A stretch of DNA of 64,000 nt from Candidatus Latescibacterota bacterium (GTDB lineage Bacteria; Latescibacterota; UBA2968; UBA8231), in contig CBDCDC010000002.1 of assembly GCA_965215195.1 (NCBI GenBank), positions 928,001 to 992,000 on the forward strand, given 5' to 3'. Below the pieces are notes generated by a model. The model made no database searches. It was not told where the DNA came from and saw only the letters and a list, made by a program, of their open reading frames with translations. The position numbers were made by a program, and so were the translations under genes. Positions 36,753 to 46,719 of this stretch are shown piece after piece. Each line of letters starts with the position of its first letter. Within the stretch, counting starts at the first letter, position 1.

Positions 36753-38201
36753 TTATGGTTTAGCAGGTTTAAGCACAGTCCCCACCGCGCAGATGACCGA
36801 GTTGACAATGAGGCCGACGACCCCGGCGTGAAAGCCCCATACCATCGGTTTTTCCCCCAAGGTCAACCCCAGTGCCACCGCCAGCCCGCAGACCATGCCG
36901 ATCAGGGCCGTGCCCGCGGTGAGCCGCTTCCAGTACAGCCCCATAAAGAAACAGGGCACAACTTGAATGAGGATCTCGAACTTCAATTCTAGGAGGCGGA
37001 CCAAGGTGATGTCCACGCCAATCGCCACCCAGATTAAGGCGATGACGATCACCCACGTACTGATTTTGCCCACTTTTGTCAGCTCGGCCTCTTTGGCTTG
37101 GGGCCGGAAATAGGGCTGGTACACGTCCTTGGTGAACATCGACGAAATCGACAAGAGTGCCGAGTCGGCCGTCGACATCAGCGCGGCCAGCGCAGCGGCG
37201 AAGACCGCCACCACCAGCCAGTAGGCCAGCGCGGAATCGCCCATCACCATCGCGCAGAGCCGCGCCAGCACTTGGTCGCTGTCTTCTCGGCTCAGTTCGG
37301 GCAAGGCCACAGCGGCCGTCAGGCCGCAGATCAAGGCTACCAATGTAGTAGTAAGCGGCATGAAAGCCATCAGGATCAGCGAGCGTTTGAGCACCGCCAC
37401 CGAGCGGCTGGCGTAGAGCCGCTGAATGGCCTGCGGATAAATGGCCGCCCCGCACCCCAAGAGCAGGGCGTAGCTGATCCACTTGTTCGCGCCCTCCAAG
37501 CTGGGCGCTTGGACCTTGGGCGGATCCATTTCGCTGAGTTGGGCAACCACCTGCCCCAAGCCTCCCCACTTTGAGGGAATGAGGAAGACCAAGATGCCAA
37601 ATCCCAGCAGCAGGATCCCCCCCTGCATGACATCGGTCCACGCCACCGAGCGCATCCCTCCGAGGGTCTCGTACACGACCATGATCACCGCCAAGCCGAT
37701 GATGCCGTACGCGGCCGGGACGGCCCCATGGGTGATCCCCTCTACGGCCGCGCCCATGGCCGTGAGCTGGGCCAGCGCGTAATTGCACAATGCGTAGATC
37801 ATCAAGACCGTACTCAGCAGGGTCAGTACCGGCGAGGAGAAGCGATAGGAGATGTAGTCGCCCGGGGTGATGAACCCCTCGCGGCGCGCCAGGGCCACGA
37901 GGCGCGGGGCAAAGAGCAGATAGCCGACGATGACCGAAAACATAAAGAGCACCGACGCCGTCCACTCAAAGCCGATGCGGTAGGTCTTGCCCGTGTAGCC
38001 AAAGAGCGTGTTGCCGCTGTATTGGGTAGCGTACAGCGTCAGGAAAAGCACGGCCAAGCCCATTGAGCGGCCCGCCAAATAAAAGTCGGCCATGCTGTTG
38101 GAACGCCGCTTCTGCCGCGCGATCCACCCCACGCCGATCATGGACAGCAGATACAACCCCACGGCCAGCAGCGCACCCGGGCCAAAGACCAATTCGTCCA
38201 T
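36753..38201 (-). CDS. Sodium:solute symporter (PanF/PutP-like)
   Basis: DFYLAGRS, ATQYSG, GGMRSVAWTD..QG, AALMSTADS; multiple TM segments. Confidence 0.9.
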   Translation of the reverse strand: MDELVFGPGALLAVGLYLLSMIGVGWIARQKRRSNSMADFYLAGRSMGLAVLFLTLYATQYSGNTLFGYTGKTYRIGFEWTASVLFMFSVIVGYLLFAPRLVALARREGFITPGDYISYRFSSPVLTLLSTVLMIYALCNYALAQLTAMGAAVEGITHGAVPAAYGIIGLAVIMVVYETLGGMRSVAWTDVMQGGILLLGFGILVFLIPSKWGGLGQVVAQLSEMDPPKVQAPSLEGANKWISYALLLGCGAAIYPQAIQRLYASRSVAVLKRSLILMAFMPLTTTLVALICGLTAAVALPELSREDSDQVLARLCAMVMGDSALAYWLVVAVFAAALAALMSTADSALLSISSMFTKDVYQPYFRPQAKEAELTKVGKISTWVIVIALIWVAIGVDITLVRLLELKFEILIQVVPCFFMGLYWKRLTAGTALIGMVCGLAVALGLTLGEKPMVWGFHAGVVGLIVNSVICAVGTVLKPAKP

Positions 38202-38441
38202 CTAGCCCGCCTCCTCGTCTTCGGTCCAGTAGCGGTGGATCACCCACCCCGTCCAAACAGCCAACAGCAACACCGCCCCCAGCGATACCGCCACCCACAG
38301 CGGAAAGCCCAACACCAGCGGCCCCCGATACCCCTCGGGCCAATACCAAGGGACGGCCAGCGCGTAGAGCAGCAAATAGACGATCCAGATGTAGCCGACC
38401 TTGCGCGGCTCAGACGCGAGTTGTTCTTGCGAGTCATTCAT
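38202..38441 (-). CDS. Small 2-TM accessory protein of the SSS transporter (DUF3311/DUF997-like)
   Basis: VPWYWP..LVLGFPLW; abuts the symporter start. Confidence 0.75.
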   Translation of the reverse strand: MNDSQEQLASEPRKVGYIWIVYLLLYALAVPWYWPEGYRGPLVLGFPLWVAVSLGAVLLLAVWTGWVIHRYWTEDEEAG

Positions 38442-38629
38442 AAAGGGCAAATCAAAGCGCAGACACCGGAATTGACAAGGCCGCCGGCACCGATCCAATC
38501 GGAGTCCAAGCACACCGACAGCACACTCAAAGTGGTCGAGAGGCCCTCGGATGGAGCGTTTTGCGAGGGCGAGACGCCCTCGGTCCTCGATTGTTTTCTG
38601 CACACAAGGGACGATACCCAGAATGTTCA

Positions 38630-38692
38630 GGTAATCCTGATGGATTTGATGCGAGACCGATACGGCCCTTGGATGCTGCTGACTCTTGGCAA
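38630..38692 (-). pseudogene. Possible collapsed DUF4160/DUF2442 remnant
   Basis: GGAGG RBS then TTG: MPRVSSIQGPYR (like DUF4160 N-termini) followed by SRIKSIRIT and a stop (like DUF2442 N-termini). Very short, so a weak call. Confidence 0.3.
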
Positions 38693-38714
38693 TGTAACCT
38701 CCAGCCTGAGGCAC

Positions 38715-39263
38715 TCAAAACAGGTCGCCGATATGCAGCCTGAAGCCTTGCAGTGTCGGCGAAGTCAATGTCGCCCTCTCCCCGTAGATACCCACGACCT
38801 CGAAGTCGCGCTCGCCGAACAGCAGGACCGTTATGCTTTTTTCGCCAGCTTCCACTATCCAGTACTCGTTCACGCCGTGTCTGGCATACAGCGCACGCTT
38901 GAACGTCTTGTCGCGTTCCGCTGTTGAGGGAGACAGGATTTCGACGACCAAGTCCGGCGCACCCTGAATGTTCGCCGAGGTGATGATGTGGCCGCGTTCA
39001 TTGGAGACGAAGATCAGATCGGGCTGTACCACGTCGAGGTCCGACAGCACCACGTCGAAGGGCGCGGAATAAACCTTCCCCAAGCGATTCTCCGCCACAA
39101 ATTGAAACAGTTTCGATCCTAGTAGGATGGAAACGCTCTGATGACGTTCTCCGGGTGAGGGGGTCATAATCAACTCTCCATCCAGAAGCTCGTAGCGCTT
39201 GTCTTCCGGCGCATTCAGATAGTCTTCGTAGGTAAACTTGACTATGGGATTGGGGATGGTCAT
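38715..39263 (-). CDS. Uma2-family endonuclease
   Basis: KFTYEDY..RYELLDGEL..HQ..VVQPDL..GAPDLVVEILSPST..K..YA..GV.EYW. Confidence 0.92.
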   Translation of the reverse strand: MTIPNPIVKFTYEDYLNAPEDKRYELLDGELIMTPSPGERHQSVSILLGSKLFQFVAENRLGKVYSAPFDVVLSDLDVVQPDLIFVSNERGHIITSANIQGAPDLVVEILSPSTAERDKTFKRALYARHGVNEYWIVEAGEKSITVLLFGERDFEVVGIYGERATLTSPTLQGFRLHIGDLF

Positions 39264-39319
39264 GGTTGCCGTCCTCTCTAGTGATGCGTTGCTTGCGGGA
39301 CGCAGACTTGAGCCGAGTG

Positions 39320-39745
39320 GTCTGGTTCCTTCGGCGTTGCCGTAAGGCCGAGTTGGATGGCTGGCTCGAAATAATCGAGGATCTCCCGCCACGCACTGCC
39401 CCGGTGGCACTCGTCAATGACCACCAAGTCGAAAAATTCTCGGCTGAACTGCCGGTAAATGTTCTTCTCCGCCTCGCTGCCGCTGACGGCTTGGTAGAGC
39501 GCAATGTAAATCTCGTAACTCGGGTCCATATCGCGGTTGCGGCCCTTGGTCATCACCGAACCAAGTCGCAGTCTGGTCCACGAGGAACAGCACCCGCTTA
39601 ACTTTCTCGGCTTTCCACAGCCGCCATATAATCTGAAAGACAGAGAACGTCTTGCCGGTGCCGGTGGCCATGACCAGCAGCACCCGGCGCTGTCCCCGCG
39701 CAATGGCTTCGACCGCCCGCTGAACGGCAACGCGCTGATAAGTGT
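39320..39745 (-). pseudogene. hsdR: Type I restriction R subunit (EcoAI-like) helicase fragment, frameshifted and deleted
   Basis: [31 protein letters not shown] in one frame; [32 protein letters not shown] in another. Confidence 0.85.
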
Positions 39746-39757
39746 CCACGACATAAT

Positions 39758-39988
39758 TTATCGCTCGCGCTCACGGCGTATATCACTCACAATATCCCCC
39801 CAAGATCTATCGGCCAGCCGCTGTCGCCATTCCTCGACTTTGTGTACTTGGCTTCCCTGAGTGAGTTGCACTTCGCGCTCCAAGATCAGTTTGATCTGCG
39901 TCTGTAAGCTGCGCCCATTCGCCTTGGTCATTTCCTGCAAGCGTCGATAAACGTGCTCATCGACATCGCGTATAGTAAGAGCTTTCAT
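39758..39988 (-). CDS. FitA-like ribbon-helix-helix antitoxin (toxin lost)
   Basis: LTIRDVDE..L...K.NGRSL...I..IL..IRRERER. Confidence 0.8.
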   Translation of the reverse strand: MKALTIRDVDEHVYRRLQEMTKANGRSLQTQIKLILEREVQLTQGSQVHKVEEWRQRLADRSWGDIVSDIRRERER

Positions 39989-39989
39989 A

Positions 39990-40034
39990 TGATGACGTTT
40001 TCAAAAAAACAACATCAAAATGTCATCAAGTCAA
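39990..40034 (-). promoter_or_regulatory. Probable autoregulatory operator/promoter of the RHH antitoxin
   Basis: Inverted repeat TGATGACGTTTT (39990-40001) / AAAATGTCATCA (40017-40028), 11 of 12 matching, next to a minus-strand TTGACT. Confidence 0.55.
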
Positions 40035-40267
40035 TGAATAGATAGCCGCCGATCTTCGGCTCCGCGGCGGTGCGCATGTTGCCGAACAAAACGTACACCG
40101 GACTTGACCAAGCTAGCCGCCGGGGGTCAGCGACCGGACAGTAAGCGGCCCTGTTTTGCATGTGGGCCGAGACGAGACAGCAGCGGCGTACGTTGTGACC
40201 CTGCACCGCTTGCCTACCGTGTGGTGCAGAGTCATCTTAAAGAAAAACAACCCTGTGAGGTAAAAAA

Positions 40268-40498
40268 ATGGACAAGCATCAAATCTATCACTCTGATCCC
40301 GAGATCATAGGGGGAACTCCCGTGTTCACGGGCACTCGGGTTCCTGTAGATAGCCTTATCATTCACCTGAAGGCCGGTGATTCTCTCGAGCAATTCCTCG
40401 ATGGCTTCCCAAGCGTAAGCCGCCAGCAAGCCGAGGCATTTCTCGAACTAGCTCTGGCCGAGGTCTTGGAGAGCACACCGCAAGAGCCTTTACCCTGA
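40268..40498 (+). CDS. DUF433 antitoxin-like protein
   Basis: DPEIIGGTPVFTGTRVPV..G.SLEQFLDGFP.VSRQQ. Confidence 0.9.
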   Translation: MDKHQIYHSDPEIIGGTPVFTGTRVPVDSLIIHLKAGDSLEQFLDGFPSVSRQQAEAFLELALAEVLESTPQEPLP

Positions 40499-40502
40499 CC
40501 TA

Positions 40503-40829
40503 ATGCGCGTCTTACTTGACGAGCAACTCAATTGGCGTCTAGCCCGCGTGTTCAGTGAAGCACACGAAGTTTGTTCCGTCCGTGGGATGGGATGGACCGG
40601 CATGCGCAACGGAGACCTGCTAGATGCAGCAGAGCAAGAGTTCGATGCGCTGGTAACGATGGACCAGAACATGGAACACCAACAGCATTTACCCCAGTAC
40701 AATCTTGCTGTGATCTTGTTGGTATCAAGGAGCAATCGTTTGGAGGATACCGAGAAGTTTGTGCCTGCGATTGAAGACGTACTGGCCACAGGAGTGGATC
40801 GAGGACGGATATACCAACTAACGGGCTAA
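40503..40829 (+). CDS. DUF5615/PIN-like toxin (VapC45-like)
   Basis: MRVLLDEQL..H.V.SV..MGW.G..NGDLL..A...FD.LVT.D.N..QQ. Confidence 0.85.
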   Translation: MRVLLDEQLNWRLARVFSEAHEVCSVRGMGWTGMRNGDLLDAAEQEFDALVTMDQNMEHQQHLPQYNLAVILLVSRSNRLEDTEKFVPAIEDVLATGVDRGRIYQLTG

Positions 40830-42971
40830 CACGTACACCGGACTCGACCAAGCCATCTGCCCGTCGCACTGAATGGCCTTGACGAAATAAGCGGCCCATC
40901 CTTTCCCCGGCGGCTGATCCACAGTCTCCAGCGTCATTTCCAGCGCTTCCACCCGTTCGGGATAGCGCTGCACCACCAACTGCATGTCCAAGCCACCGTA
41001 GTCGAAGCGCCGCGGCTCGCGGCCCAGCCCCGGCAGATCAACCTCGGTCGTCCCGGCCGCCGACTCGAACACCAAGCGGCCCACCCGCCCATCGTCCAGC
41101 ACCAGCTCAATGCCGTCGCAATCCCCGGTGGTCTGCGATTGAAAAGCCACGGCCTGCAATTCCGTCGCAGTGATGCCGTCGGCCGCGGAGTCAAAGCCGA
41201 CCGTCGTCGCCTCCACAATGGTCGCTTCGGTGGTGCGAATAACCCCGGACCAATCCACCCGCCGCCCGCGCCCGCGCATGCGCGAGCCAGACCACAGCAG
41301 GCGCAACCTGTTGGAATGCACCAAATCCCGGCCGAATTCAGGCGGCTGCACCTCGGCGAGCAAGGCCCGGCCGCGGTACACTTGCAGGGCCTCCAGCGGG
41401 GCCGCCCCCACCACCCGGGCGCGAATATCCACCGAGTCCACCTCTGTTACCACCGCCCCCATGGGTGCGCCGGCTATCTGGACCTCTAGCAGTAGGCGCG
41501 CCCCGGTCGTGCCGTAGCAGCGCCGGCTACACAGGGCCTCCCACACGCCCGCACGCGACAACTTGCCGGCCAGCACACAGGTCAATCCACCGGCAATACC
41601 AAACTCGCCAGCCCCCGGCCCTTCGGCCCCGGGCCGCCCCTTGTGGCCATCGCTGTTGCACATGACCCCGACTATGTGGCCGCAGTCCAGCGCGTCGAAC
41701 AGCATCCACTCGAACACGCCCCAGCACGAGACGATCTCCACCAGATTGTGCGCCTCGGGATCGAAGTACGCCTTGACATCGGCCCAGCGCCCGCCCACAT
41801 GCGAACCGATAATCACTTGATCGCGTGGCACCAAGCGGGCGAGCCGGGCAAAGAACACATCGGCCGGATGCGCTGGCGACACCGCGTCTTCGGGCACGTG
41901 CGGGATCTGCCAGTGGCTGTTGCGCACAATGGGCCGCCCCTCGGCACAGTAAAAGACGTTGCGATCCCCTCCGGCCGGGGAATTGGCCGACCACTCATAG
42001 CCGGGAAAGACGACAAACTCGCCGTCCCGGTGAAAAGCCCGCACCGTCTCGTTGAGCCGCTGCCAGTCTTGGTCGTCCACCTGAAAATCGTTGCCCTGAT
42101 GCGAGGCGAAATCCACCCTCGCCCAGTCGCGCGCAAAAGTGAAGTACTCAGCTTCCGTGCCCACGCCGACCGTAGCGTCAGACTGGGCGTGCAAATCTCC
42201 CCAGTAGCGATTCCACTGAGGCGTTGCCGCGAAGACTGCGACTGGATTGCTGTAACAGCGCAAGCCGCCCGCCGCGGCCGTCAGCCGTCCACTACCCGGA
42301 GCGCAAAAGGCCACCCTGCCCCCCTCGACCACGACTTCCCCTTCCCCTTCCCAACCCAATTCGACCGGCCCGGCCACGGCCGTCGGATTGCCCCATATAT
42401 CCTGCCCTTTGACAAAAACCTCAACCGCCGCCCCCACCACCGCTTGGCTCGGCGCTATGCACACTAATTCCGCGGCCTCGCCAGCGACAATGGAAAACTT
42501 GGGCGAATCCGCCACGGCCCGCGCCACCGCAGCATTAGTCGGATCCACGAAAACGCGCAATTCGTGGGCCGACTCAACAAAGGTCTGCGCCCGGATTCCC
42601 GGCGAGCCACCGCTGCGGTCGCCGAGGACTACGGTCACCGTATCGCCGGACGCGAGGGAGCCGTCGTACACATCGATCACCACGCACCAGCGCATCCACG
42701 GCCGCTCGTGTCCCTTGGGGGCAAAGCGCGGTGCCAGCTTGGCCGCTCCATTGGTCTGCACCGTGCAATAGGCCGGCGCGGCCGGATCGCTGAACTGGGC
42801 CGGCTGCATGTCGCAGGCAAAGCGCTGGGCGATCTTAATGGTGCCGCGCTCGTCAATGCCGTAGCTGCCCACGGTCAAGGTCAAGGTCCATTGCTGGTAG
42901 CTGCCGGCCACCACCGGCACACAAGGCTCCAAAGTCACCGTCCCCAGTCGTTCCCGCCATTGTTGCTTCAT
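40818..42971 (-). CDS. DUF3604-like PHP-fold metallohydrolase
   Basis: YWGDLHAQS, PGYEWS..GGDRNV, NSDGHKGRPG, RRCYGTTG, AWSSPVYV. Confidence 0.8.
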   Translation of the reverse strand: MKQQWRERLGTVTLEPCVPVVAGSYQQWTLTLTVGSYGIDERGTIKIAQRFACDMQPAQFSDPAAPAYCTVQTNGAAKLAPRFAPKGHERPWMRWCVVIDVYDGSLASGDTVTVVLGDRSGGSPGIRAQTFVESAHELRVFVDPTNAAVARAVADSPKFSIVAGEAAELVCIAPSQAVVGAAVEVFVKGQDIWGNPTAVAGPVELGWEGEGEVVVEGGRVAFCAPGSGRLTAAAGGLRCYSNPVAVFAATPQWNRYWGDLHAQSDATVGVGTEAEYFTFARDWARVDFASHQGNDFQVDDQDWQRLNETVRAFHRDGEFVVFPGYEWSANSPAGGDRNVFYCAEGRPIVRNSHWQIPHVPEDAVSPAHPADVFFARLARLVPRDQVIIGSHVGGRWADVKAYFDPEAHNLVEIVSCWGVFEWMLFDALDCGHIVGVMCNSDGHKGRPGAEGPGAGEFGIAGGLTCVLAGKLSRAGVWEALCSRRCYGTTGARLLLEVQIAGAPMGAVVTEVDSVDIRARVVGAAPLEALQVYRGRALLAEVQPPEFGRDLVHSNRLRLLWSGSRMRGRGRRVDWSGVIRTTEATIVEATTVGFDSAADGITATELQAVAFQSQTTGDCDGIELVLDDGRVGRLVFESAAGTTEVDLPGLGREPRRFDYGGLDMQLVVQRYPERVEALEMTLETVDQPPGKGWAAYFVKAIQCDGQMAWSSPVYVLAR

Positions 42972-43061
42972 CTTCTAACTCCTGTGCGCCTTTGCTGGCC
43001 GCCTGCTTTTCTCCACCATGTCTTTTTTAGCTAACTTAACCGGCATTATAATGGCAACTCT

Positions 43062-44036
43062 TTGAGAAAGAATAAAATCGTGAAGGTCGTACTGACATTT
43101 GATATGGGGGCAGCCTACGTCGAAGAATTGCGGACGGCGTTTCCCGAGCTGGACTTTTGCCCGGCGTACAGCGAAGCGGAACAAATGCGGACCGCGGCCG
43201 ATGCCGAGGTTGTGTTTGGCTTGATGACGCGGCCGGTGTTTTTGGCGGCAAAAAAACTCAAGTGGTTTCACTTTGTCGGCATCGGCTTTGACCCAGTCGT
43301 GCGCGAAATCCCGGAATTTCGCACGGGTGCCGTGGTGATGACCAATGCGCGGGAGACGCACGTGGTGCCCATGGCCGACCACGTCTTCGCCGCAATACTC
43401 GCACACGCCCACCGGATCCCCGAACTGCTCGAAGATCAGCGCAACCACCGTTGGAATACCGCGCGCTACGTGCAGCGCATCATCGAATTGGCCGGAACCA
43501 AGATGGGGGTGCTGGCCATGGGGGATATCGGGCGGGCCGTAGCCAAGCGAGCCGCCGCTTTTGAAATTGAGGTCTATGCGGTGGATATCTTGCCGATGGC
43601 GCCGCCGCCCGGGGTGTGCGCGGTGTGGCCGGTCGAGCGGTTGGACGAGATGCTGGAGAGGGTGGATTGGCTGGTGGTGACGGCCCCGCGGACCGCGGCG
43701 ACGACCGGGATGCTCAATCGCCAACGACTCGCTTTGCTCAAAGAAGGAGCGTTTGTAGTGGTCGTCTCGCGCGGGGGGATCGTCGATGAGGCGGCTTTGG
43801 CCGCGGGCTTGCACGCCGGCCGGATCGGCGGGGCCGCGCTTGACGCGACCGCGGTGGAGCCGCTGCCGCCCGACAGCCCGCTGTGGGACGCGCCCAATGT
43901 GCTGATCTCCCCGCACACCTCGGCCGAGTCCGTGCAATTAATCGAGCGCCGCAAGGCCATCTTCGCGGAAAACCTGCGCCGCTATCTGGCGGGCGCAGCC
44001 CTATTGAACGTGTGCGATCTAGAGAAAGGGTACTAA
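43062..44036 (+). CDS. D-2-hydroxyacid dehydrogenase
   Basis: VLAMGDIG, VSRGGIVDE, AALDAT.VEPLP.DSPLW..NVLISPH. Confidence 0.9.
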   Translation: MRKNKIVKVVLTFDMGAAYVEELRTAFPELDFCPAYSEAEQMRTAADAEVVFGLMTRPVFLAAKKLKWFHFVGIGFDPVVREIPEFRTGAVVMTNARETHVVPMADHVFAAILAHAHRIPELLEDQRNHRWNTARYVQRIIELAGTKMGVLAMGDIGRAVAKRAAAFEIEVYAVDILPMAPPPGVCAVWPVERLDEMLERVDWLVVTAPRTAATTGMLNRQRLALLKEGAFVVVVSRGGIVDEAALAAGLHAGRIGGAALDATAVEPLPPDSPLWDAPNVLISPHTSAESVQLIERRKAIFAENLRRYLAGAALLNVCDLEKGY

Positions 44037-44530
44037 GTAATCGCACTGACATCTAAAGAAGTCAGCTTTACCCTCACACCCTTCCACCGCTGCAAGCCTT
44101 GCCGCTGAAAGTCGCCGAGCTTGAGTGCAAGCGTACAGCGACCATCAAGCAGGCGAATACTGACGGTCTCACTTTCCACGTCCAGTGCGAAGATACGGGC
44201 GTCGTAGTCAATGCTGCTAGGCTGGAAGCGACTATGCCGAGTTTTCGGATTTGCCAGTTGAGGTGCCACCCGCCCAATCGCCCGGACAGCAAGGTTGGCA
44301 GAAAGACCAAACTGGGCCCGGATAACCCGGTAGCAGCCTTTATGCAGGTCATACTGCCGGTGCTTCTTGTGCTGGTTGCCCCAATCGGCAACAAAGTTGC
44401 AAGCATTGGCAAAGGCCGTAAACGTGGCCTCAATACGAGGCGCCATCTGCGGCGGAACCACGAGCCTACAAGAGAGGGTACGTATTGTTTCCATACCTTA
44501 AAATAGAGTGATTTGCCTTTCAGTAGGCAA
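44033..44530 (-). mobile_element. tnpB: Truncated IS200/IS605-type TnpB (N-terminal part only, no RuvC) with upstream hairpin
   Basis: METIRTLSCRL..F.NACN..LH..CY..IR.QFGLSANL.VRAI.RVA..F.P.SIDYDARIF..VSI.LL.GR..L..GDFQ. Hairpin TTGCCT..AGGCAA at about 44513-44530. Confidence 0.75.
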
Positions 44531-44646
44531 GGCCCCGTATTTGAATCGACTCAGGGACCGACAAACGCCTGGTGCGTTGCCAGCCCAGCGCCGATTCAAT
44601 CCTTATCCCTCTGACATTTGAAAAGTCAGTATCACGGGAGGTTTTT

Positions 44647-45900
44647 ATGACGGCCAAACCCCACCTGCCTCCGTCCCCCATTGACGAGGGCAAAGTCACC
44701 GTAACGGCGATCGAGTCCGTACAGCCACTCGACCTGTTCCCCGATTTGCTGCTGGTGCGCATCCACACCGACGCCGGACTCATCGGCCACGGCGAAACCT
44801 ATTACTGCGCCGAGGCCGTGCAGGCCATGCTGCACGACTGGATGGCGCGCCGCCTGCTCGGCGAAGACGCGCTGGCCATTGAGTCGCACTGGCGCTTCCT
44901 CTACGAGCGGGCCGCGAATTTCGGCGTCCGCGGCACCGAGCTCCGCGCCTTGTCCGCGCTGGACGTGGCGCTGTGGGACATTCTCGGCCAAGTCTGCAAC
45001 CAGCCGATCTATCGCCTGCTCGGCGGGCCGGTGCGCGACAAAATTCTCGTGTACAATAGCTGCGGCAACCCCCAGTACGGGCCGAGCACTACCGGGCGCA
45101 AAGGCTGGCCGGGCATGGGGGCCATTGGCGAGCCGGGGCCGCTGGGCGATTCGTGGAAGCTGTTCCACGAGCCAGTGGCGCTGGCCGAAGAGCTAGTCGC
45201 GCTGGGCTATAGCGGGCTGAAGGTCTGGCCCTTTGACCAAGCGGCCATCCAGTACGGCCCGGCGCGCCTTCCGCACCGCGCAATTGAGGAAGGCGTACAG
45301 CCCTTGCGCGCGATCCGCGACAAGGTCGGCATGGACCTCGACATCTTCGTCGATGGCCACGCGCATTTCCAGCTACCGGCCGCCCTGCGCATTGCCGAGG
45401 CCCTGCGCGAGGTGCAGCCGTTGTGGCTGGAGGACGTAATCAAGATGGACAACCTCGACACCGTAGCCGACTTCCGCCGCCAGAGCCGGATGCCGATTTC
45501 CGTGAGTGAGATGCTGTTGAGCCGGGCCGATTACAACTTTGTGCTGATGCACCAAGCCGCCGACTACGCGATGATCGACCCGACTTGGGTGGGCGGGATT
45601 TCCGAGACCGCACGGATCGCCCATCTGGCGCAGACCTATAATGTGCCGGTCAGCATGCACGACTGCACCGGCCCGCTGACGCTTTTTGCCGGCTTGCACG
45701 TGGGAGCGGCCGTGGCCAACTGCTGCTATCAGGAGACCGTGCGGGCGCAGATCCAGACGGTGTATAGAGAACTGATCGACGCGGAAGTGGAGATTAGCGG
45801 AGGGTATGTGCGTCTGCCCCGAGGTAGCGGCTTGGGGGTCAGGCTAAATCCCGATTTGTTCAAGCCGGAACGACCGGGCTATCGGATTTCGAGACGTTGA
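44647..45900 (+). CDS. Mandelate racemase-family acid-sugar dehydratase
   Basis: GHGET, SALDVALWDILG..PIY.LLGG, KVW, DGH, WLED, SE, HDC. Confidence 0.88.
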   Translation: MTAKPHLPPSPIDEGKVTVTAIESVQPLDLFPDLLLVRIHTDAGLIGHGETYYCAEAVQAMLHDWMARRLLGEDALAIESHWRFLYERAANFGVRGTELRALSALDVALWDILGQVCNQPIYRLLGGPVRDKILVYNSCGNPQYGPSTTGRKGWPGMGAIGEPGPLGDSWKLFHEPVALAEELVALGYSGLKVWPFDQAAIQYGPARLPHRAIEEGVQPLRAIRDKVGMDLDIFVDGHAHFQLPAALRIAEALREVQPLWLEDVIKMDNLDTVADFRRQSRMPISVSEMLLSRADYNFVLMHQAADYAMIDPTWVGGISETARIAHLAQTYNVPVSMHDCTGPLTLFAGLHVGAAVANCCYQETVRAQIQTVYRELIDAEVEISGGYVRLPRGSGLGVRLNPDLFKPERPGYRISRR

Positions 45901-45909
45901 TTGTTTACA

Positions 45910-46552
45910 GATTGGTCAGTGAGGAAGTAGAGGGATGTGCGAGTGTGCGGATTTCGCGCACAAACAACGTCGTAGCGCTGCAACTTCTCGTGCAGGACCC
46001 GGCGCAATAGAACCCGCACTGCTGCGACGTCGCCGTGGCCTTCTACGATGGCGATCAATTTCACAGATCCAATCCGAACAGATTCAATTGTTTAATGCTG
46101 GCTACCGCATGGACGCCCGGCACGACCGTTGCGAGGTATTCCTCCACGCGACGCTTCACCGCTGGGGCGCGGTCCTTCAGCGCGGCGAGAACGCTGGCCA
46201 TGTTCGAGCCATCGCGGTTGAGTAATTCGCCCGGGTCGGGCGGCTGCGGCTCGCGGATGCGTTCGGGATTCAGGTTGTAGAAACCCATCGAAATGAGGGC
46301 GTCGTACAGGGGGCGGAACGCCTCTAGACCAGAGACATTGACCAGAAAGAGGCGGTCCTTGGGAATGGCAGGGACGGGTTGAATAGTGCTGCGCTCGAGT
46401 GCGCCGTCCTTTATTCTATAATAGGCTTTGCCCGCGCCATCGGTTCCTGAGCAAAAAATTGCGCATTCCTCTTCGGCGACTAGATAAGCCCCCCGTTTCG
46501 CACCAATTCTGAAGGCGTAGTGGCCGAAGCGGCCTTTAGGCTCCCAAAACAA
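45910..46552 (-). pseudogene. Decayed ABC ATPase + DUF4276 pair
   Basis: ATPase interior (LISMGFYNLNPERIREPQ..LNRDGSNMASVL) lacking Walker A and B, joined to a C-terminal QLNLF, then MKLIAIVEGHGDVAAVRVLLRR truncated. Confidence 0.75.
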
Positions 46553-46719
46553 GGTCTCGGCTTGCGAGCGATGAGCGGCCTTGGCTTGCGGGATACCCTA
46601 GTCGCGCCAGCTCGGTAATCTGGCTATTGTTTGTTGCGGCTCGGACATTGCCGTTGTAAAAGCTAAAGGCGTCTCTAGTATTGTCAGCCGACAGCGAGGA
46701 GGCGACGGAGAAGATTCCA

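Noticed and set aside
44033-44494. Possible Cas12f or functional OMEGA nuclease
   Set aside because: No RuvC motifs, and no adjacent array or recognisable right end.
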